The translations under genes and the position numbers were made by a program. Below, one piece after another: positions 1 through 11,800 of a stretch of DNA of 64,000 nucleotides; within the stretch, counting starts at the first letter, position 1, and every line of letters starts with the position of its first letter. The notes below the pieces were generated by a model. That model was not told the origin of the DNA. It made no database searches and was given only the letters and a program-made list of their open reading frames with translations. This DNA is from Nemertoderma westbladi (Eukaryota > Animalia > Xenacoelomorpha). The stretch covers positions 21,633 to 85,632 of the forward strand of contig JAUCBJ010007098.1 in the NCBI GenBank assembly GCA_032718475.1. Direction: 5' to 3'.

Positions 1-3000
1 TCAACCTGCCAGCGACCTTGTTTTATGATCAACCTGCCCGCGATCTTGTTCTATGATCAACCTGCCCGCGATCTTGTTCTATGATCAACCAGCCAGCGAT
101 ATTGTTCTATGATTAACTTGGCTGCGATCCTGTTCTATGATCAACCTGCCAGCGACCTTGTTCTATTATCAACCTGCCCGCGATCTTGTTCTATGATCAA
201 CCTGCCCGCGATCTTGTTCTATGATCAACCAGCCAGCGATATTGTTCTATGATTAACTTGGCTGCGATCTTGTTCTATGATCAACCTGCCAGCGACCTTG
301 TTCTATGATCAACCTGCCCGCGATCTTGTTCTATGATCAACCTGTCCGCGATCTTGTTATATGATCAACCAGCCAGCGGTATTGTTCTATGATTAACTTG
401 GCTGCGATCTTGTTCTATGATTAACCTGCCAGCGATCTTGCTCTATGATCAACCTGCGCACGACCTTGTTCTATGATCAACCTGGCCGCGATATTGTTCT
501 ATTATCAACCTGCCAGCGACCTTGTTCTATGATTAACTTGGCTGCGATCTTGTTCTATGATCAACCTGCCAGCGATCTTGCTCTATGATCAACCTGCGCA
601 CGATCTTGTTCTATGATCAACCTGGCCGCGATATTGTTCTATGATCAACCTGCCAGCGACTTTGTTCTATGATTAACTTACTGCGATATTGTTCTATGAT
701 CAACCTGCCCGCGATATTGTTCTATGATCAACCTGCCAGCGACCTTGTTCTATGATCAACCTGCCCGTCATCTTGTTCTATGATCAACCTGCCCGCGATC
801 TTGTTCTATGATCAACCTGCCAGCGACCTTGTTCTATGATTAACTTGGCTGCGATCTTGTTCTATGATCAAGCTGCCAGCGATCTTGCTCTATGATCAAC
901 CTGCTACTATCTTGTTCTATGATCAACCTGGCCGCGATCTTGTTCTATGATCAACATGCCCACGATCTTGTTCTATGATCAACCTGCCCGCGATATTGTT
1001 CTATGATCAACCTGCCCGCGATATTGTTCTATGATCAACCTGCCAGCGACCTTGTTCTATGATCAACCTGCCCGTCATCTTGTTCTATGATCAACCTGCA
1101 CACGATCTTGTTCTATGATCAACATGTCAGCGATCTTGTTCTATGATCAACCTGGCCGTGATCTTGTTCTATGATCACCCTGCCGCGATCTTTTTCTATG
1201 ATCAACCTGCCCGCGCTCTTGTTCTATGATCAACCTGCCAGCGATCTTGCTCTATGATCAACCTGCGCACGATCTTGTTCTATGATCAACCTGGCCGTGA
1301 TCTTGCTCTATGATAAACCTGCCCGCGATCTTGTTCTATGATCAACCTGCTTACGATCTTGTTCTATGATCAACCTGCGCACGATCTTGTTCTATGATCA
1401 ACCTGGCCGTGATCTTGTTCTATGATCAACCTGCCCGCGATATTGTTCTATGATTAACTTGGCCGCGATCTTGTTCTATGATCAACCTGCGCACGATCTT
1501 GTTCTATGATCAACCTGCGCACGATCTTGTTCTATGATCAACCTGGCCGTGATCTTGTTCTATGTTCAACATGCCCGCGATCTTGTTCTATGATCAACCT
1601 TCGCACGATCTTGTTCTATGATCAACCTGCCAGCGATCTTGTTCTATGATCAACCTGCATGCGATCTTGTTCTATGATCAACCTGCGCTTGATCTTGTTC
1701 TATGATCAACCTGGCCGTGATCTTGTTCTATGATCAACCTGCCCGCGATATTGTTATATTATTAACTTGGCTGCGATCTTGTTCTATGATCAACCTGCGC
1801 ACGATCTTGTTCTATGATCAACCTGCCTGTGATCTTGTTCTATGATCAACCTGCACACGATCTTGTTCTATGATCAACATGCCCGCGATCTTGTTCTATG
1901 ATCAACCTTCGCACGATCTTGTTCTATGATCAACCTGCCAGCGATCTTGTTCTATGATCAACCTGCATGCTATCTTTTTCTATGATCAACCTGCTCACAA
2001 TCTTGTTCTATGATCAACCTGCCAGCGATCTTGTTCTATGATCAACATGCCCGCGATATTGTTCTATTATTAACTTGGCTGCGATCTTGTTCTATGATCA
2101 ACCTGCCAGCGACCTTGTTCTATGATCAACCTGCGCACGATCTTTTTCTATGACGAACCTTCCCGTGATCTTTTTCTATGATCAACCTGCCCACGATCTT
2201 GTTCTATGATCAACCTGCCAGCGATCTTGTTCTATGATCAACATTCCCGCGATCTTGTTCTATGATCAACCTGCGCACGATCTTGTTCTATGATCAACCG
2301 GGCCGTGATCTTGTTCTATGATCAACCTGCCCGTGATATTGTTCTATGATCTACCTGCACACGATCTTGTTCTATGATCAACCTGCCTGTGATATTATTC
2401 TATGATCAACCTGCGCACGATCTTGTTCTATGATCAACCTACCCGCGATCTTGTTCAATGATCAACCTGCCAGCGATCTTGTTCTATGATCAACCTGCCA
2501 GCGATCTTGTTATATGATCAACCTGGCCGTGATCTTGTTCTATGATCAACCTGACCGTGATATTATTCTATGATCAACCTGCGCATGATCTTGTTCTATG
2601 ATCAACCTGCCAGCGATCGTGTTCTATGATCAACCTGCCCGCGATCTTGTTCTATGATCAACCTGCCAGCGATCTTGTTCTATGATCAACCTGCCGGCGA
2701 TCTTGTTCTATGATCAACCTGCGCACGATCTTGTTCTATGATCAACCTGCCAGTGATCTTGTTCTATGATCAACCTTCCCGCGATCTTGTTCTATTTTCA
2801 ACTTGCGCACGATCTTGTTCTATGATCAACATACCCGCGATATTGTTCTATGATCACCCTGCTGTGATCTTTTTCTATGATCAACCTGCCCGCGATCTTG
2901 TTCTATGATCAACCTGCCAGCGATCTTGTTCTATGATCAACCTGCCAGCGTTATTGTTCTATGATCAACCTGGCCGTGATCTCGTTCTATGATCAACCTG

Positions 3001-6000
3001 GCCATGATCTTGTTCTATGATCAACCTGCCCGCGATATTGTTCTATGATTAACTTGGCTGCGATCTTGTTCTATGATCAACCTGCGCACGATCTTGTTCT
3101 ATGATCAACCTGCCCGCGATCTTGTTCTATGATCAACCTGGCCATGATCTTGTTCTATGATCAACCTGCCCGCGATCTTGTTATATGATCAACCTGCGCA
3201 CGATCTTGTTCTATGATCAACCTGCGTACGATCTTGTTCTATGATTACTTTGGCCGCGATCTTGTTCTATGATTACTTTGGCCGCGATCTTGTTCTATGA
3301 TCAACCTGCGCACGATCTTGTTCTATTATCAACCTGCCCGCGATCTTGTTCTATGATCAACCTGCACACATGATCAACCTGCCCGCGATCTTGTTCTATG
3401 ATCAACCTGCGCACGATCTTGTTCTATGGTCAACCTGGCCGTCATCTTGTTCTATGATCAACCTGGCCGTGATCTTGTTCTATGATCAACCTGCACACGA
3501 TCTTGTTCTATGATCGACCTGCGCACGATCTTGTTCTAAGATCAACCTGCACACGATCTTGTTCTATGATCAACCTGCGCACGATCTTGTTCTATGATCA
3601 ACCTGGCCGTGATCTTGTTCTATGCTCAACCTGCCCGCGATCTTGTTATATGATCAACCTGCACACGATCTTGTTCTATGATCAACCTGCGCACGATCTT
3701 GTTCTATAATCAACCTGGCCGTGATCTGGTTCTATGATCAACCTGCCCGCGATCTTGTTATATGATCAACCTGCACACGATCTTGTTCTATGATCAACCT
3801 GCGTACGATCTTGTTCTATGATTACTTTGGCCGCGATCTTGTTCTATGATCAACCTGCGCACGATCTTGTTCTATGATCAACCTGCCCGCGATCTTGTTC
3901 TATGATCAACCTGCCCGCGATCTTGTTCTATGATCAACCTGCCCGCGATCTTGTTCTATGATCAACCTGCACACATTATCAACCTGCCCGCGATATTGTT
4001 CTATGATCAACCTGCGTACGATCTTGTTCTATGATCAACCTGCCCGCGATCTTGTTCTATGATCAACCTGCCTGCGATCTTGTTCTATGATCAACCTGCC
4101 AGCGATCTTGTTCTATGATCACCCTGCCACGATCTTTTTCTATGATCAACCTGCCCGCGATCTTGTTCTATGATCAACCTGCCAGCGATCTTGTTCTATG
4201 ATCAACCTGCCAGCGATATTGTTCTATAATCAACCTGGCCGTGATCTTGTTCTATGATCAACCTGACCATGATCTTGTTCTATGATCAACCTGTGCATAA
4301 TCTTGTTCTATGATCAACCTGCCAGCGATCTTGTTCTATGATCAACCTGCCCGCGATCTTGTTCTATGATCTACCTGTGAGCGATCTTGTTATATGATCA
4401 ACCTACCAGTGATCTTGTTCTATGATCAACCTGTCAGCGATCTTGTTCTATGATCAACCTGCCCGCGATCTTGTTCTATGATCAAGCTGGCCGTGATCAT
4501 GTTCTAGGATCAACCTGACCGTGATCTTGTTTTATGATCAACCTGCTCACGATATTGTTCTGTGATCAACCTGTGTACGATCTTGTTCTATGATTAACTT
4601 GGCCGCAATCTTGTTCCATGATCAACCTGCACACGATCTTGTTCTATGATCAACCTGCCAGCGATATTGTTCTATAATCAACCTGGCCGTGATCTTGTTC
4701 TATGATCAACCTGACCATGATTTTGTTCTATGATCAACCTGTGCATAATCTTGTTCTATGATCAACCTGCCAGCGATCTTGTTCTATGATCAACCTGCCC
4801 GCGATCTTGTTCTATGATCTACCTGTGAGCGATCTTGTTATATGATCAACCTGCCATTGATCTTGTTCTATGATCAACCTGTCAGCGATCTTGTTCTATG
4901 ATCAACCTGCCCGCGATCTTGTTCTATGATCAAGCTGGCCGTGATCATGTTCTAGGATCAACCTGACCGTGATCTTGTTCTATGATCAACCTGCGCACGA
5001 TATTGTTCTGTGATCAACCTGTGTACGATCTTGTTCTATGATTAACTTGGCCGCAATCTTGTTCCATGATCAACCTGCACACGATCTTGTTCTATGATCA
5101 ACCTGCCCGTGATATTGTTCTATGATGTACCTGTGCACGATTTTGTTCTATGATCAACCTGCGCACGATCTTGTTCTTTGATCAACCTGCCCATGATATT
5201 GTTCTATGATGTACCTGTGCACGATCTTGTTCTATGATCAACCTGCCCGTGATATTGTTCTATGATCAACCTGCTTATGATCTTGTTCTATATTCAACCT
5301 GCCCGTGATATTGTTCTATGATCAACTTTCGCACGATCTTGTTCTATGATCAGCCTGCCCGCGATCTTGTTCTATGATCAACCTGCGCGTGATCTTGTTC
5401 TATGATCAGCCTGCCCGTGATCGTGTTCTATGATCAACCTGCGCATGATCTTGTTCTATGATCAACCTGCCCGTGATCTTATTCTATGATCAACTTTCGC
5501 ACGATCTTGTTCTATGATCAGCCTGCCCGCGATCTTGTTCTATGATCAACCTGACCGCATTCTTGTTCTCTGATCAACCTGCCAGCGATCTTGTTCTACG
5601 ATCAACCTGGCCGTGATCTTGTTCTATGACCAAACTGCCCGCGATCTTGTTCTATGATCAACCTGCGCATGATCTTGGTCTATGATAAACCTGCATTCGA
5701 TCTTGTTCCATGATCAACCTGCGCATGATCTTGTTCTATGATCAACCTGCCAGTGATCTTGTTCTATGATCAACCTTCCCACGATCTTGTTCTATTATCA
5801 ACTTGCGCATGATCTTGTTCTATGATCAACATACCCGCGATATTGTTCTATGATCAACCTGCCCGCGATCTTGTTCTATGATCAACCTGCCAGCGATCTT
5901 GTTCTATGATCAACCTGCCAGCGACCGTCCGTGTTCCTATGATCACCCTGCCGCGATATTTTTCTATGATCAACCTGCCCGCGATATTGTTCTATGATCA

Positions 6001-6500
6001 CCCTGCCGCGATCTTTTTCTATGATCAACCTGCGCACGATCTTGTTCTATGATCAACCTGGCCGTGATCTTGTTCTATGATCAACCTGACCGTGATCTTG
6101 TTCTATGATCAACTTGCGCATGATCTTGTTCTATGATCAATCTGCCAGCAATCTTGTTCTATGATCAACCTGCACATGATCTTGTTCTATGATCAACCTG
6201 CCCGCGAACTTGTTCTATGATCAACCTGCCAGCGATCTTGTTATATGATCAACCTGCCAGCGAACTTGTTCTATGATCAACCTGCCAGCGATCTTGTTCT
6301 ATGATCAGCCTGCCCGCAATCTTGTTCTATTATCAACCTGGCCGTGATCTTGTTCTATGATCAACCTGACTGTGATCTTGTTCTATGATCAAACTGCCCG
6401 CGATCATTTTCTGTGATCAACCTGGCCCTAATTTTGTTCTATGATCAACCTGCCAGCGATCTTGTTCTATGATCAACCTTCCCGTGATCTTGTTCTATGA
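1..6500. repeat. 28-bp tandem satellite, ~230 copies, truncated by the left window edge
   Basis: Unit TCAACCTG-(CCCGC/CCAGC/CGCAC/GCCGT...)-GATCTTGTTCTATGA repeats from base 1 and ends abruptly at ...TTCTATGA|CAGTCGAC (6500). Confidence 0.98.
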
Positions 6501-7004
6501 CAGTCGACTGGCGAGACGAAGAGCGTGGTCAGCCATAACCTGACCACATTCCCGAAACGTCTGCTGAGAAAGACATGATACAGATTGTTTTGGAGAATTA
6601 CTGATTGCAAACTGCAGAGGTGTTTTGTTGCGGGGCCGGACCGATATTCAGTAGTGACGTGGTTGCCACCCGATACAGTACATGTAGGCCTACGCACAGT
6701 ATAAATGTATCCGTTTGTCGATAGACATTGGAGGTTCATCCAATAATAACGAAATTTTTTCTTCCGATCATCCTTGGAAGAATTGAAGGATCTTAATGAT
6801 CTTATTCGATTTAATTTTGAAAATCTATTTTAAATATGTTCACATATATTCTATTGTAACTACTACGTTATGTTCATAATATTTGAACTACAGTACTGTA
6901 ACATTCAGATCTAAAATTTATTAAAAATTGCGTGACTTCATCAGCAATAAGACACATTCTGATAAGTGGAACTATGTTTGGGACATGGGATCACTATTAA
7001 TATA

Positions 7005-7925
7005 CACCATGTCATGGAATATAGTGTCGTTATTCAGGTACCTGCCCCCCACCACCCCCCCCCCCCCCCCCAAATATTTCTACAAATCTTGAGATTGCAT
7101 GAAATTTGAAACAGAGATAGTTTCACCTCCCTCCTTGCTGGGTGAGCCAGAATTTTTATTTTTGCTTTCAATCTTTAGCTACAAGCGTTTAAATAAAGTG
7201 TCTCCAGCGATATTACACCAGTTACACCGCAGTTATTCTTCTACCTTGTACAGTAGCTGTTTGTTAGTACCAATGGAAAGCTGGCCATGCAAGGATTCCA
7301 AATATGTATCATAATCTGAATTTGGTCGTAAAATAGCTGAGATATGAGCGTTCAAATGTTGCATGATTTAGCATTTGCTCGAGGCTATTTTATTCTATTT
7401 AATTAATAATCCATGTTCTAGAACACTTTGTTTATATAAGAATAGCTACGCAATAGTATGATTACAGTGTTATTGCATTGTTGCCCAGCTAGATATGGGA
7501 TAAACAACATGTTCTAGAATATGGTGTATTTTTTTAATCGAATAAAATAACCTTGCGCAGGTGTAAAACCATGCAACTTGAGAATGCCCATATCTCTGCT
7601 GTTTTACGACGAAATTCAGATTGTGATACATATTTGGAATCCTTGCATGGCCAGCTTTCTGTCAATACAACAAATCGCTATAAGGTTGAAGAATAACTGC
7701 GGTGTAACTGGCGCAATACCGACGGAGACACCTTTTTCAAACGCTTGTAGCTAAAGAATGAAAGCAAAAATAAAAATTCTGCTCACCCAGCAAGGAGGAG
7801 GGAGGTGAAACTATCTCTGTTTCAAATTTCATGCAATCTCATTAAGATTTGTAGAAAAATTGGGTGGGGGGGGGGGGGGGGGGTCCAGGTACCTGAATAA
7901 CGACACTATATTCCAGGACATGGTG
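7005..7925. mobile_element. Fold-back MITE (family A), TA-flanked, Tc1/mariner-type non-autonomous element
   Basis: Left end CACCATGTCATGGAATATAGTGTCGTTATTCAGGTACCTG is the reverse complement of the right end (1 mismatch). Inverted arms continue inward ~430 bp to a short central spacer (~7435-7500). TA on both sides (7003-4, 7926-7). Confidence 0.9.
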
Positions 7926-8279
7926 TAGTTAGTACCGTAGGTCTACGCATATCCATATATTTCCTTGGCGAACTAAAATAAAATAAAATCTTAGCTATTA
8001 TTAAGGGAAATGACATGGTTACAGTAGCACGTTATTCTAACCAAAACAATAAACAGAGAGGCATTTAACTCAGGTTAAGGTTTCATTTTAGCTCTTAATT
8101 ATCATTTATTTGCGTACAATTTTCCCCTGTAGAGGGTACAATTTTGATTGCGTCAAAGTCCCCCCCTCAATATCTGCCAAAAACCGTCTCGGTTTTTGTT
8201 ACAATTGAAGATAGCGCATTATGTAGTTCCACCAATTCAATTACGGTGTGTAATAGCTGACAAGTGTGCTGTGAATTTC

Positions 8280-8862
8280 TGGAACATTTTTTAAATGTAT
8301 GAATAGCTACATAATAGCATGTTTTGTTTTATTAAAGATGTAATGCATTGTTGTCCAGCTACCTATTTGGATAAACAAAATATTCCAGATTATGATGCAT
8401 TTATTAAATCGAATAAAATAGCATCGCGCAGGTGCAAAACCATGCAACATTTGAACGCCCTTATCTCAGCTATTTTTCTCCGAAATTTAAATTGTGTTAC
8501 ATATTTGGAATCCTTGCATGACCAGCATTCCATTGGTACCAACAAACAGCTATAAGGTAGAGGAATAACTGCGGTGTAACTGGTGTAATATCGCTGGAGA
8601 CACTTTTTTTTATACACTTGTAGCTAAAGATTGAAATCAAAAATAAAAATTCTGGCTCACCCAGTCATCGGGAGGTGAAACTATCTCTGTTTCAAATTTC
8701 ATGCAATCCTATTAAGATTTGTAGAAAAATTAGGGGGGGGGGGGGGGGGGGGGGAGGAGGTCACTGAATTACGACACTATATTCTGGGACATGGTGTATA
8801 GGGGGGGGGGGGGGGGGGGGGGGGTGTCACTGAATTACGACACTATATTCTGGGACATGGTG
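8280..8862. mobile_element. Partial family A MITE (centre and right arm) with tandemly duplicated terminus
   Basis: Colinear with ~7420-7925. The terminal block polyG-TCACTGAATTACGACACTATATTCTGGGACATGGTG-TA occurs twice, ending at 8796 and 8862. Confidence 0.85.
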
Positions 8863-11800
8863 TAGGCCTACGAGTTTTTTTTTTCGCTCCGTCCAATAAG
8901 AAGTCAGCTATGGGTTAGATTTCAAATTGTTGTTAACACCACTATGAAGCATCCTAGGGCCGGTGTACTGTGTGTATGTAGTAGGCCTCTAACAGTATGA
9001 AGATGTTTTGTTGTATTTGATCGATGTTTTAGTATATAAGCGATATGTTTTTGATATTACTCAATTGAATTCGCATCTATTATTACCATATGATTTTTAG
9101 ATGTAGATTTACAAACGTTCTATATATTTACCGTTTGTATTTCACCCATGTGAAGAATACCAGAATTTCACTGGAATTTTATATATGAAGATTTTTATTT
9201 TTTTTAATTAATCTTTAGTAAGTGTTTTATAGCGCTTATTTCTGTCTTATAACCTGTATATATACTAATTCGTGTATTGTTTTGGTTAGATTCAGCCCTT
9301 CTGTAACCTGTGTTTTTTGTGAAAACCTGGTATTCTTCACATGGGGGTTTAACAGCAAAGTGAAATATAACGGCAGAAAGTCTTGTTTTGCGTACATATA
9401 CAGTACCGGTATTATAAGATACGATATCTTTTATTTTATTTTGATGTATGTTTTGTTGTATATGCGTTATGTTTTGTCAAATTAGGGTTTCAATATATAT
9501 TGAAAAGTAATACAAGTTAGTTAGTATACTACTGAGTATCCAAAACGACTGCAGTCTAACTTCCAGAAGTTTAACGTGTACCTATTATATACACTATATT
9601 TAATAATTATTTCGCTTCATTGTATATATGTTCTTCCTTTCCTATTATGAATGGACATGCTGTGGTTGACTTTTAACTCACTCTATATTTCAAATACCAT
9701 AACCCAGTATAATAACCTACAAATAACACTAACAAGGATGCACGCTGCGAGCGTGTAGGGGTGACATTTACACATGCATTGCTCCAGGACCAGAGATATA
9801 TTAAGACGTAGTGAGTGAGTTGGACATATTAATGCCTGTTTGTCTGTTTATCCAATGTAATACAACTGTATAACGATCATAAAGCGATTTGCTTGTGATA
9901 TGACGTGTTTCTTGATGAAGGGTGTGGCATAGCTGGCAAACGGACACAACTAGCTCGATTAAATGATTTAACTCAACCAAGGCGTCTCTATGGCCATCCT
10001 TCAATGGCAATTTCTGGTACGGTTGCATGTTAATAGAGCTACACACTCTATTTACGTTCACCAACACACACCACACACTGTGTTCGAATATGAGGAAGCA
10101 CTGTAGAGAGAGAGCGTTGCCAGTTGCCAAGCCGCTATACCATTTGGTAATCTTGATTCCCTACTGACTGAATAATAGCGAACATTGCATGCATATGATA
10201 TGTACCAAGAAATTGCATCGCTAAGCCATGCCTCCGTCCCTTGTACACATCCATTATCAATTACCAGTATATTACCTACCGTCAGTGCCGGTATTATACC
10301 GATAGAATAGAATAGCAGGTTACTTACACTTACGATTTAGTTGAAAGTGCAATCACATGGACGTGCAGTCACACTGTTTGCATTAAGAAATAAAATGCCA
10401 ACTTGAAATAAATATAGCTACTGTTGAGGTAAGCCTAAGCACATGATTCAAGCACAATGAGTTGTCTCTCTATAACCAATATGGCGGGGCTCTCGAAATG
10501 ATTATACGTCTTGATTGATTAATAGATGCCGCATGTGGGCATTGTGATGTTTAGTTTAGTTATTTTGTAACTAAGAGAAACCCATTTTCCTTTCCTTATC
10601 ATATGTAGGTAGGTATATGCGTGCTTTTATAATCTACAACCAACTTCATCTATCCTTCACATTAGATCAGACGCCATGATATAAATATTCTGTACCGGAT
10701 GTGGGTACTGGATAATGTTTAACTAAGTTGCTGAACTAACCAATCTGGGAATAGCCGTATAAGGCTTTGAGGAGTATGAGATTGCGCACAGTGCTATTCT
10801 ATTAGTGAGGGCACAGGATTAGTTCTGAACTAACACGAACGCAATGAAGCAACTCCGTAGCATACATGCAGTGGTGCACCGATTTGAAGCTGACACGTAA
10901 CTGATTGTGAGATGGGATTTGTGTTTACTGTCATTCTATAGCGGCAGGGGCAGAGCCGGTTCCTATATTAGCAGGCAAAGTTATCAGTGCAATGATGATG
11001 GTTCTAGCAAGATGGGAGCTACTAACTGCTCAATCCAGTACATAATATTGTCTCCCCCACCCCATATACGTGCTCGGGCAGGCCTACTCATTAATTCTAC
11101 AGTCAAGTAAGTGGGTTGATTTTATTCCTGCGTTGTGATTCGCTCCTATTACGATATTGCTTGTCACAGAATTCGCAAAAGAATTCTGGGTACAAACAGG
11201 TTTTAATGAAACCCGATTTGTTATTACTTATTCAACCATTATCCAATTGTTAGAAGATAACAGCAAGGACATGTTGCTAGCAATTCGCTTGCTTTGATTA
11301 TTAACGCTTATTGCGCAGGAAATTAATATAGGGCAGCTTTTCATGTAATTGTAATAGGCCCTACACTAATACACATACTGTAGTAATATATTGTTTATAT
11401 ACCTAATGGTTTACTAATGTAGCAATTTATTTCTACTATAGCTTTCAATCTATATGTGCTGCAGGAAACGCATAACATTCCGCTAAATATTTATTTAGAG
11501 TCTTTTGTTGGACTTAAAATCCATTTTATTCAGTTCCCCCGTACTTTTCGGCAAAGTTTCAGATCATTTAAAAAACCCAACCCCCACAGGCCACAATCAG
11601 CAATAACAACACCTAAAACAATGCAAGTCCAAGTCCTTCATGTACAGTTAGTTGAGATGCTATGGGGACCAAATGTTTCATGACCTCATATCTTATTATA
11701 GTTTTAATCCTATATGAATAGTTGCTATTTAATTTATTGGTTTTCATGCCTGTTGACATTTACAGCCGGATTGCGATCCGTCTGAGAAGGAGAACGAGTT

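Noticed and set aside
3482-3709. 75-aa ORF
   Set aside because: Chance open frame in the 28-bp satellite
1-6500. CRISPR-like array (constant repeat with variable spacer)
   Set aside because: The variable part is only ~5 bp and is re-used; there are no cas genes and the context is eukaryotic
7099-8617. Similar short ORFs (YSSCLLVPME.W.CKDSKYV) suggesting a gene family
   Set aside because: The similarity comes from MITE family A arms; no transposase motifs
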